A stretch of DNA of 64,000 bases, from positions 496,001 through 560,000 of the forward strand of contig CP075493.1 of assembly GCA_021613535.1 (NCBI GenBank). The letters run 5' to 3'. This stretch comes from Adineta vaga (taxonomy: Eukaryota > Animalia > Rotifera). The position numbers were made by a program, and so were the translations under genes. Shown here piece by piece: positions 52,600 to 64,000 of this stretch; position 1 is the stretch's first letter; every line of letters starts with the position of its first letter. The notes below the pieces were generated by a model. The model saw nothing but the letters and a program-made list of their open reading frames with translations, searched no databases and had not been told where the DNA came from.

Positions 52600-53390
52600 G
52601 GATATAAAATACAAATAATGAGTGTCCGAGAAGAATGGATCTCTGCGTATTTTGAAGATCCCTTCTTCATTATTCCTTTGATCATAGAACGTTTTTATCA
52701 AAGAATAGTGCTTGAAATTCTCTACAAAACCGTGTGTGATTGAATCCTAAAATATTATTAAACATGTTCGAAAAGAGGTGAAATTAGAGGCATACAAAAA
52801 GTAAGAAAATTAACTGATTCGGCATACTAAACAGTCGCTCTTTCTAGTCTACTGTTTCGCCACTTATTTCGTCCAATTACAAAAAATTATACTACAAGAT
52901 GCTCCGTGAAAAGTTCTACAAACTACACACTCTCAATTATTTTATAGCTCAGTTTTTGTTTTCGAAATAAAAAAAAACTTGAGCTATCAAGTTTAAACCG
53001 AACGAAATGATATTCTTTTGTTATAAAATGAACTGATCGTTCTCTTGCAACTTTTGAAAATAATGTGTTTTTTGTAAACTGTAGAGCTTTTCACAACCTA
53101 TCCTATGGCATATTCTATTTGTTTAATAAGAGGATGCAAACGGCAGAAAAATGAGATGCAACTGTTTAGCCCATTGCTTTTTAGACCTTTTCATATATCT
53201 CTAATTTCATCTTTTTTGAATATGTTTAATAACGTCTGATGGTTCAATCATACACGGTTTTGTGGAGAATTCCGAGCGCTATCTTTTGATAAAAAAGTTC
53301 ATTGAGCACATGAATGACAAATGAGGAATATTCAAAATACTCAGAAATACATTCGTTCCGGAACAGCCGTTATTTTCAGATTTGTAGTCT
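52600..53390. repeat. Degenerate foldback element
   Basis: 52711-52790 (AATTCTCTACAAAACCGTGTGTGATTGAA...GAAATTAGAG) recurs inverted and diverged at 53199-53277. Confidence 0.55.
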
Positions 53391-53470
53391 GAGTTTGAAC
53401 TATGGCCACTACAGATATTTGGTGAGAAACATCCAATCGATTTCAAGTTGAAATGGGTTTGTGGTATTTA

Positions 53471-53790
53471 CAAGGGAGAAAAATCTCATTCCGGCATTCC
53501 GGTAGTCTGGTGCATTCCCGTACCTTCTCAGGCACTCTCTTGCATTCTTGCACATTCCCAGCCATTCTGGATTATTGGTATATACCCATTAACTATTTCT
53601 AACTGGCGTGTTGAAAATTAAAACCTGGAATTGCTTCTCAGCTGGCTATTTCATTATTCGATGGATGTTAGGACAAATGGCAGAATTTTAAACCAACACA
53701 CGGTATTCTGGCACATTCTCTCGCGTTCCCAGCCATTTCCATGCATTCTTGGGCATTCGAAATGCTCCGCAATGAGATTTCCCTCCCTTG
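53471..53790. mobile_element. MITE with CAAGG termini (P-element-like)
   Basis: TIR CAAGGGAG..AAATCTCATT / AATGAGATTT..CTCCCTTG. Flanks GGTATTTA and GGTATTTC (7 of 8 identical). Confidence 0.55.
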
Positions 53791-54779
53791 GGTATTTCTC
53801 AAAGCAGATATAAAATATCTCCGTTTTAGCATGCTATCATATACAAATATATCAAAACAAATAACTTTACATTACGGGGAAAGCAATCTTTTCGGAATGA
53901 AAACTTCTGTAGAAATACAAATTCATATCTTTTTCTGACTTTGTAATACTCCATATCAAGTAAAGCCTGAAAAGATGGGTTAGAAATATGTTTTTGTCGA
54001 AGTTTTCAATTACTCTTTGTGGTTTTCTACATTAGAATCGTCGTTTCAGGTTAAGGAATGCCCGAATAAAGTTTTTTCAGTTTTATGTTATCCGCACTTT
54101 ACCCAGTTTAGTATTGTACAGAACATAAAATTTTTTATCGTCATGTATAAATGTATAGTGTGATATGTATCGATAGAAATCAGAATACTATAGACGCTCT
54201 CACTGCTCTTCGATTACTTATTCACGCTTCGTCGATTTTTACCGTCGTTTTTTATGAAGAATCGACGCATAGAATAAAATAGGGACCATTACATTTCATA
54301 TACGGCTAGAGAGCAGTATACAGTAAAATAATACTACGCTGCATTATGATCAATATGAGAAGTCCTTTACAAAGAAGAACGCAATTTTGATATTGGTAAG
54401 ACATCAGAGAAAGAGTTTAAATCAACCATACTTTGTATTTTTTCTCAACTCTAGGTTGGTTAAGTGATACAAATGTTTAAATCATATCACACTTATGGCA
54501 GAATAATATATCATATTCAGTTCGTCCTTGCTGTTAAAAAAACGTAAGTAATTTATTTATGCAGTTTTAAAGTATTGTGCACTATATACGGTAATATTTG
54601 ATCAAATGTTGTGGAATATTCTGATCGAATATTATAATATTCATATTAATCCTTTTCTGCTTTTACGCGCTTTAACACCCACTTTCTACAAAATTTGGTT
54701 GTTTAGAAATAACGAGGGAGAGTCACTCACTGCCCAGTCGCTTTTCAGTTGACATTTTGGCCACAGGTAAAAGACTCTA

Positions 54780-55212
54780 AGCCTAGAATAATCCTATGAG
54801 GATATGAGCTTTCTACCGACTTTTTACCCCTTGTCAATATTGAGGAAAACATTAAATAACGGAATTTTCAACTAAAATTTGGGCCATATACGAGTCTAAC
54901 CATCAATAAAGTATTTTGAAAGTTTCAGCCGAAAAGAAGTGTTCCTTTATAGATATATTTGATTTTGAAGTAATCTGATAATTTGCATATAGTATGCTGC
55001 AAGTGATTGTCTTGTTATAAAAGCAATATCTTCATAAAAGAACATTTTTTGCAGCTGAAACTTTCAGAATAGTCTAATGATGATTAGACCTATCTATGGT
55101 TCGAATTTCAGTTGGAAACTCCGTTATTTAGTTTCTTCTTCAATGTGGAAAAAGGGCGAAAAGTTGGTAGAAAGCCCATAACTCGGCGCCAAAGCAATAG
55201 CGGTCTAGGCTC
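54780..55212. repeat. Degenerate palindrome (old foldback)
   Basis: GAGCTTTCTACCGACTTTT...TAAATAACGGA...GAAAGTTTCAGC recurs inverted as GCTGAAACTTTC...TCCGTTATTTA...AAAAGTTGGTAGAAAGC. Confidence 0.55.
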
Positions 55213-56180
55213 TAAGTTGATATGAAATCGGTCCTTAAATATTTCTTAGTTCAAAGAGAACCAGATTTTTTTAAGATGGGACTCAAAGAGTATGAAAGGA
55301 TTAATATTTTTATGCGGCTGTTTATGGACGCTAATGTTCACGACCTAAAAAGCTGTTCATTTGTTATTGCGTTGGAGTTTTGAAGATTCGATACATTCTA
55401 TTGAGACGCGAAAAACTTGGAACATAGAGTTGTCTCAAGCCTTCCTCTCACAGTCATGAGCATTTTGCGAGGTAAACTCACCAACTTATCAGTCGCTTTT
55501 GGGTTGATATTCTGGTTATAGGCAAGAGACCATGAGACTCGAATAGTCCTAGGAAATTTCCGAACACTAGGTCTTTTGTGTGGAGTCATGAAATTTTAAC
55601 CGCTTTTTCATTATTGAGTGAAAACGCTTTTCAGCGCAATTTCTTTGGGCTAAAATGTGTGGAAGTCACACAGCCTATTTGCGATTATAGCGTGTACGCG
55701 ATGAGGTTTTACTTGAAACTGAGTTACACCTAAAATGAAATTTTACCTTTTATAAGTTTGCGCTTCTAATGTATCCTGTCTGTAATGGAGGATCGGGGAG
55801 AAGAGTGGGCCAAATTCATCGACCTAAAACTTACACTCGTTAATTTGTTTTTCAACTGAAACCATATGAGTTCCACAAAATATCAATCCAAAACCGACTG
55901 GATAGTTGGTGACCGTTCTCTATCAGTCAACTTTTACGATAAAGCATCGTACCAACTTGGGATCGCATTACTTTCTTTTATAGGTAAACCAATATCCGAC
56001 CAATCTTCAACGAAGAATAAGTTTCAAAAGTTGAAACGAAACTTTCCACTTAAGAAAGAAGGATTATCCATTTATATTTCCAAGGAATGGGTGCTTGCAC
56101 AACTTCGAAAACCATTTCTGTTCCAATCAGTATTAGCTTAAATAAACTTGCTTTTAAAGTGGCAAGGTATAACCAAACCA

Positions 56181-56643
56181 CGGGTAGAACACTGTCGAGG
56201 CACTAGTGTTGGTGGAACTAAGGCTCCTGCACTAACATTAATCAGAAACGGGTAGAACACTGTCGAGGCACTAGTGTTGGTGGAACTAAGGCTCCTGCAC
56301 TAACATTAATCAAAAACGGGTAGAACACTGTCGAGGCACTAGTGTTGGTGGAACTAAGGCTCCTGCACTAACATTAATCAGAAACGGGTAGAACACTGTC
56401 GAGGCACTAGTGTTGGTGGAACTAAGGCTCCTGCACTAACATTAATCAAAAACGGGTAGAACACTGTCGAGGCACTAGTGTTGGTGGAACTAAGGCTCCT
56501 GCACTAACATTAATCAAAAACGGGTAGAACACTGTCGAGGCACTAGTGTTGGTGGAACTAAGGCTCCTGCACTAACATTAATCAAAAACGGGTAGAACAC
56601 TGTCGAGGCACTAGTGTTGGTGGAACTAAGGCTCTTGCACTAA
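56181..56643. repeat. 68-bp tandem repeat, ~6.8 nearly identical copies
   Basis: CGGGTAGAACACTGTCGAGGCACTAGTGTTGGTGGAACTAAGGCTCCTGCACTAACATTAATCARAAA starts at 56181, 56249, 56317, 56385, 56453, 56521 and 56589. Confidence 0.95.
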
Positions 56644-59600
56644 TAGCGTCTAAACAATTGAACAGAACAGTTTGGTTTTCGATTTGTGCTTTCCATGGAT
56701 ATCAGTGAACAAAAACATAGCAACTGACTAACATGGTTTGAAGATACAATTCAAACGGCAGTCAACTCCATTCCAATACCGACTAAAACAAGGTAAACCA
56801 GCATTTCAAGATATTCTAATATAATATTCAGAAGGAAAAACGTGGATGCTACTCTTAAATAGTCGACTAGAAATTGTGTATAATGCAGTAGAACGTTGTA
56901 GTTTATTGCATCTTGTTCTAATATACTCCACATTCATGAAATAACAAGAAGAATAAGGATGAATACACTGCCTTTACGAGACACGTTCTTTGGAGCAAGG
57001 AACGGACTTGCAGGAGGCCGTTTTGTAAAGTATTGGTATTATGTCATATACGAGAATATAGTTAAAAGATGGTTCTCCATAAAGATATGTTCAACCATAT
57101 CTGTTGAATTATGTTATAATATGGCAACAGTATTTATAATTAGAACTTGTACCTAAGAAGTTTATTTGTCGCTTGGAATCACCAGGTGCCATGTTTGTGT
57201 CCTTTTCTGTACGGTAGACCTATCAACATGGTTCTCCAAAGTAACCATACGATGAGGAGGATTTCTTATCACATGGAGTATGAAAAAGTTTAAATATCTA
57301 ACTTTTTCATCTCTGTACTCATGTGCAGGTAAGTAAAAGTGCACCTTGGTATGGACACAGGCATACTTAACCTCTTATTCTTTGAGATTTCGAGCTGATG
57401 AAATGCTCCAACATGTAATGCACAATTGTTCATTTGTCGATACTTCTATCCTTTCATAAGTTGAATCTCCACACTAAAGTGAATAATAAGAACTGCTAGA
57501 AAACATATACGTGTATAAAAGGAACTAGAAAATTAACATCTCACTCTACACATAATCATGCATCTAATCACTCTGACCTTTCTAGACTTTTACTATTCTT
57601 ATTTGCAGTAGTAATCATAATATTTAAGCAACATCATAAAATTTGAAGTATTTTCTTCTATCTTATTGCACGCGTATTCTAGAAGAATCTTTCCATGTAA
57701 CCACAATAAGAAGAAAAAGCACAAAAGTTTCCTTACACCAACCCGCGAATTTCGTGAAGGTTCTTCGGATTTCCTTTCGACAAAACCAATAGTGATTCGT
57801 TTTGCATAAAAACGTTTTAAATTGTAATAAGGATCGAAATAATTTTGTATAATTCGCAGTATAAATTCGAATCTTCGTTAGCCTTTTAATTACGATGTTG
57901 TCCACCAATGGCGCATACTCTATTTTCCGAACGTTAGTCAGCAATAAAAATAAGATGTTTTTGGAACATGTTTTCGCGTAACAGATTTTTCGGAGATATT
58001 TACACTCATCTTTTTCATGAAAGAGTACGCATGGAAATGTGCTAATTAAGAATAATTAATTGAACGTATAAAATCCGTTTCGTAAATCTCTTTGCAAACT
58101 TTTCAAAATCTCATCACCCCCCGAAAGGGTTAAATAAACTGTGTGCTCTGAGTTACCTAGATTACCTTTTATTAGATAGTTCAGACAACAATAAATTGTT
58201 TGGTCTCATTGTTTTATACTCTTGGAATTCCGATACTTCAACCGAAAGATGGATATAATATCCAACCCGAATTTTCTGTACAAACAGAACGATTTCTAAC
58301 CATATGACATAAGTCATACAATGTAGAGACAGAATTCTAAGAAGTAAAGAATTTTGTGTGGGGGCCATATGCGTCCCATTTCAATCCTAATAGAACAGTT
58401 TGGTGTGCCCATTTGGTATGAAAAAAGGTCCGTTTATCCACCTCCTTACCCTAATTATATTTATTCCCACAGATAATAGAATGAACTTTATCATCACATG
58501 TTTTCTAGGTTAATTATAAAGCCATTCATCTCTGGCTGTCCTTTCTCAATGCACCGTACCAATCAAACCTGTCTCTGCAAATAAATTAGACTACTAGTCT
58601 GACATTATTTCAAACATTATGCACCCGGTCCACATAAACTCATGAACGCAACATATTTAATGCTTCATACACTTGTCTCATTACATCATTGGACAATACA
58701 TGTGGAAACATACCTATCGACAATCACTATATTTGCAAGAAATCGAAAGCATACACAACATCCACATGGAGATGGCACTCATACTACAGTTGATGCCACA
58801 AAACTTGCAAAAAACAAACACATAAACTTACATATAGAGCATGTCTCTAGTTTTTTATACATGTGTAATAGTAAATTCGAATGAGTGAGATTGTGAAGAA
58901 TAAAGATAAATAGGCGTGTGGGTGCGTATGAGTGTCAGAAACAAGATCGAGAATGAACGTCCTAACGTAAGTGCAAGGAGAGGAGCCATCAGGATTTCTT
59001 TTTTTTAGGATTTATTCTCTACAGAGTATTTATTCGCACTTATTCACTATATCAATATTTCAGTGCACCCTCACCATTTATTCTACTGCTCGTTCTCTCC
59101 CTCTCGTCCTCAGTAAGTCATTGTCCTCATAAAAGACGTGGTAGTTATTCAGAAATTCCCATAAATTCCAAAACAATGAGTTCCAATAACTGCTCTATCT
59201 TTCAAAATTCATGTCATTCAGGTTTCCGCTCTTTTCCCTTGGTTCCTCTGTACTATATTGCGCCATTAAATGATGCAACTGCATGAATTATTCTAACAGC
59301 ACAAACATTAACCACGCTCCATCCGTAGCCGTTACGTTAACAGTTGACGAGCATTTTGATGTATCTGTCCAAACCATCGCATTGTTAGCATCAAGCGAGA
59401 TAGGCACACTTGGACAGTCATTGACAAAATTGCTATCCTCCCTGTTACTTACATTGCGTTCTTTAGGACACACTTGAATAGAATTGTATACGAATGTTTA
59501 ATTAATATAATGAATGTTCATCAAATTCAAAGCACAATAAGATACTGACTCATTAACATTAGTAGCAGTTACATTTATTGTTCCAGGACACGATCGAGAA

Positions 59601-60078
59601 GTATTAGCGGTAACAATAGATACCCAGGTCCGAAAATCCGGCCCGGAAACCAACAGATCCTATTAAGGAATAGTCATTTCCAATTTCATATTCATCCCCC
59701 CTATCCAAGCTTGTACATGTATTCACCGAATTCTGTTAAGAATTCTTGAAAGGACTGAAAACCGATTTTTTATCATTCATATCTAAATTTAAGAATATAC
59801 CTGAGTCTAACTGGCGTCAATCTATGTTTACTTTACGAAGGATGTTTTTAGATTTTGTTCGTACCGATAGTTTCTGGGCGTCGGCTAAGGGAATAAGAGA
59901 GATCGCTTTATTCGGTTTTTATCGGTTTCGCCTTTAGGAACCGTTTGTATTCTGTCGGACCTAGCCGGAAAAGGTTGGAATGGAACGGAGAAGTCCGAAT
60001 GGTTGGATTCTGGACGATTCCTTTGCGCGTTCGCTAAAGCTTCCTTTGTGATACGATAAGTGGCAAAGTACTGAAGTG

Positions 60079-60391
60079 CACTGTAAAAAAAGCGCAGAAT
60101 AATCAACTCTTTTTAGGGGTTTATTAACCTTATACGTTATAAGAAGGGTATTTTATACGCTGCACTTTCGTATACCCTTAAAGGGTACATGAGCAAACCT
60201 CTTAAGGGTAAATGAATGCTCATCTACCTTAAAGGATTTATGAAAGTGCAACGTATAAGAAACCCTTACCAACATTTATGAAAACAAGGGTTTATGAGAG
60301 GGTACCTTACGTTCATAAACCTAAAAAGGGTTCATGTCGCGACTATCAATCCTTTTCGAGGGTTTGTAATTCGACGCTTTTTTTTACAGTG
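60079..60391. mobile_element. CMC/EnSpm-type MITE
   Basis: CACTGTAAAAAAAGCG / CGCTTTTTTTTACAGTG termini with a 2-bp TG TSD. Confidence 0.75.
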
Positions 60392-60554
60392 TGGTCTATG
60401 TTTTGTTTTCCATGGATGGTTTCGGTAGGGTTCTTTTAGGAAATCGGTCGTCAGTTTTGTCAGGAATCTTTCGTATCCGTGCCTGAGATTTTTCAGTCTG
60501 GAATACTGCTTCCATTCTCCCGAGATTTTTAGTTGGGTTCTGTCAGTATCTGAC

Positions 60555-61513
60555 GAGTAGCTGCCTAATTCGACTTATAATATAAATGGATTTTCATTAT
60601 TATATATCTATACATCTATCAACAGATATAGATATAGATATACACCTATAGATATGGATATATATACCTTACCCATGTTAAGTTAGGAATATAGGAATAG
60701 GGTGGATGAGTGTGTTAGTATTACATCTGTCTAACACCCACACCCACACCCTCCCACCCCTCGGTAGATCTGCCTATTCTCAGACGCCCGCTGCAAGTCA
60801 TTCTATCGTTTATAAACTTCACTTCGACTCCATACAGGTAGAGTAGTCAATTCACTCCAGATTCAGTTTATTTTTGAGAACCCAACTCAGGCATTGCAGT
60901 TGTCCATCTTTGATGCAGACACCCACACCCTCAAGATGGATGAATTCTCAATAATTCTCCTTCACCCACCCCTTGGAGGTGGCAACTCCGTCTCGACCTT
61001 CCGTAGAACTTAGAGCAGTCTCGTGAAACTTTTAGTGTCGCCAGCTATCAATAGAATCGAAAAATTCCTATATACCATCACCTGGGTGAAATTTCACCCA
61101 GACACCGATTCCCACCCTCAAATCAAGATATTTTGATACGGAACTTGTAAATTATCGTTTATGTGCGCTCAGACGGCCTTCGGCCGCCTTTGCTATTAAT
61201 TATTTTTAACTTTTTGAAATGCTGCAATCCTATTGGTCAGTTTCACCGATTGCTTCCAGGAAGTGTAGGATTCATTTGTTTTCCGAAACAAAGTAGACGT
61301 CGACCTTCCCCTGGATGTAGAGACCATTTCTGGAAAGTTTCATTGCACTTTCTTGTACGCCCATCAAATGCATAGCGAACAGACAAACAAACTTTCTTCT
61401 TTATATATATAGATTTATCCATATCTATATCTATATTTATATCTGTTGATAGATGTATAGATATATAATAATGAAAATCCATTTATATTATAAGTCGAAT
61501 TAGGCAGCTACTC
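60555..61513. mobile_element. TIR element (GAG..CTC, ~100-bp TIRs) containing telomere-like and Helitron/Helentron-like pieces
   Basis: GAGTAGCTGCCTAATTCGACTTATAATATAAATGG... recurs inverted at 61438-61513. Internal GGCC-TTC-GGCC hairpin (61175-61185). On the - strand, ATCTATATATATAAAGAAGAAAGTTTGTTTGTCTGTTCGC (61414-61375). Confidence 0.7.
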
Positions 61514-64000
61514 ACTATTGTACATTGACGCAGAGGAAGAAATTGATTTCTGAACAAGGGAGAACAAATGATTTCCAACCAGAAATCACGGAGAAATCAG
61601 GCAAAATTATCGGAATCAACAGAGATCATTATACTTGATACCTATAGTTCCCAAAAATTCATGTGACTTGTGTTGATCTCTATGACTGCTCTTGATTTCC
61701 GTGATTTCTCTTCGTTTTCGAAATTTTCAGTAATTTCACTACCCGACAAAGCAATTTTTCACTTGAAAGTCGATCTCCTCTAAAATCATTTGAAATCAGA
61801 CAAATCAGGAAATCAATTTGTTCTCCTTTGTTTCTGGAATAGAAATCACGGGAAAATATCCGAAATCTTGATAGAATCACTAATTTTCTTGGAAATCACA
61901 CCACCATCTTTATTATTATTCGAGCTTTAGTGTGATATCTTTGAGGAGTTACCAGAAAAAAGACAATACACATACAATCAAAACTTATAAATTTACCACA
62001 ACCACTTTTATGGAGCATTTTAACACGATATTCAAGGTCAGTGCATCGTTTTCTTTTAATTGTTTATTTTAATTTCTTTTTATCATTAATTGTATTTGTA
62101 TCAACCAATTCGATTGGTCGTTTTTGACCAACTTCACGTAGATTACCTATATTCATTATTTCAATCATAAGGATTGATTACAAAAAAGTCTTTGTTATAC
62201 CTATCAAAACATCACGTTTAGAATTATCACCTTGAGAAAGTAGATTGTCATTTTCTTTTTCTTCATTTGAATGTTTTCAAACACGGGTTTTTCGAACTAT
62301 TATCAACCCATGCTGCAACTATACAATAAATAGAACGTATGTTGCCATCTCAGTGTATCTATTCGTTTTTATTCAAAAAAGGAATGCTATCGTTGTGCAC
62401 TTCAATCGAGGTTTTCTTCCTTACTCATTTTAGTTGTTCAGAATATTCAAATAGTACTCAAAATCTGTCTAATATTGAGTTTACACTAACTCATTAACTT
62501 GAAACGAAATTTTATATACACATCAGCGCAACAGATGTCTGTATCATACACATATTTCATAGACTATATAAAGTCTTCACAAAAGACATAACATCCTATC
62601 GCCACCTAAAAAATTAGAAACCGACTTAACAAAAAAAGAATTACTCAACAATTCAATTATATCAAAAACTAAAATATCGTCATTTGATTCCATTCATATA
62701 ATTTTTTCCGTCAAAACTATAATTTCTTGACCCATCCGAGTACTTGGTCAATCGCTTGAACGAATCCATAAGAAGCTTCTGCGCAGAACAACTCAACACA
62801 AATAACCAACAGATTCCCATCTCTCCTTAGCATTACCAATATGAAAAATATCGTCTTATATCGAGTAATCCTTTGAAATCTTTCTTTTAAGTCACTCACA
62901 TTGCTTTCGCTTATTTCTTTATCGATAACTTTAACCATTCCTTGAAACCAGATGCGTGATTCTCAATACACAATCAACCACAAAAGTCACTACACGTCAT
63001 TTGTATATAGAACTAACTTCTAAGCAATCTTTGAAATTAGTATAATCTGGATTACGCACTCCGTGATCTGGATTATCATCGTAGGTATATATATATATAT
63101 AGGGTTCACATTTGACCAAGCTTATGGATTATGGTGCAATACAGTGGTAATATGGTGGAATCTGGCGGAATACTTTATAAATTGAGTATAATCTAGTTGG
63201 TTGCTGAGGTAGAATTGTTGATGCTTGGATAGATTGCCATTTTTCCGACAAGAAACATCAAACCTTTTAATTCTTCACAAAACTACCAAATGGTTCCGTA
63301 TCGAATATACCAAAGCTCTAGATGATCAATGAATCGAGCAGGAGTTTCGTAAAATGCATGCCAAGCTATTAAGCAATTTATGGAAATGTTCATGGTTTCG
63401 TAGACCATATAAAAAACCTTTATCGGATCTACAGAACTCTCCAGAGTTGAGAGTGGATGTGGATATTTTGTATTCACCCACACTCTCACCCTCAGCATTC
63501 TAGGATAGATCTCAATTTATTAAAAACAAACATAATATATATCTATTAATTACCAAGATTGAGGTTGGCTCTAGAGTAACGATGCCACAAAAGCTGAAAT
63601 TGGAAACTTGATTTTTGAATGGAACTCAAGTTTCAAGTTAACCAAATCAAGCGTCTGATTAGAATATTACTCCGACTGTATATCTATGAAATTCGGAATG
63701 ATTTTGAACAAGAAATATCTTTTTTCTTACTTTTTTTCATATTTAAAACGGAAAACGATAGCAAATATGAATGACATATAATATCTTTATCAGTGTCCGT
63801 TTTATCAAATGGAAAATGACTGGTTGTTAGTGAAGTTAATAGTGGTGTTTGTTTCATTAGAGCTGAATTGATGAATATTGTTAAAACTACATTTCTGTTT
63901 TAGACAGAAATTTATTGCAATCTGTTTTCCTAATTAAATTGTTTAACGATGAATGCTTCGAGTAAGCATCATTATAACCAAAAAACATATCACTTTCATT

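Noticed and set aside
56181-56643. CRISPR array or multimeric hammerhead
   Set aside because: The units are contiguous and identical with no spacers and no cas genes. CTGTCGAG/GAAAC lacks the CUGANGA core and a stem II.
61890-63000. Degraded coding fragments (ORF 62717..62938 and neighbours)
   Set aside because: No recognisable motif and interrupted frames.

Overview
AT-rich eukaryotic, intron-containing DNA, most likely from a bdelloid rotifer. This is inferred from (TGTGGG)n/(TGAGGG) telomere-type repeats, ~50-nt introns and an intronless bacterial/fungal-like gene. The window is a dense nest of DNA transposons from many superfamilies. It holds a decayed pogo/Tigger-type transposase split by a TTAA piggyBac and a Mutator-type insert. 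It also holds an apparently intact 4.6-kb PHIS (Spy-like) element with 820-bp TIRs inserted at AAA|TTT, and a 3.7-kb Sola2-type element. Many MITE/foldback elements are present (hAT-, Tc1/mariner-, Mutator-, CMC- and P-like), plus a minimal hammerhead ribozyme. The most striking feature is a ~10-kb NOF/Rehavkus-type Mutator-like element (37.6-47.3 kb, - strand). Its spliced transposase continues into a USP/C19 deubiquitinase domain, a second degenerate USP-like domain and a Ulp1/C48 protease domain. A separate OTU-protease pseudogene lies at 15.6-16.05 kb. The only clearly intact non-TE gene is a 141-aa AtaL/DUF1857-like SRPBCC protein, a horizontal-transfer candidate. All family assignments come from motif recognition by eye; no searches were run.
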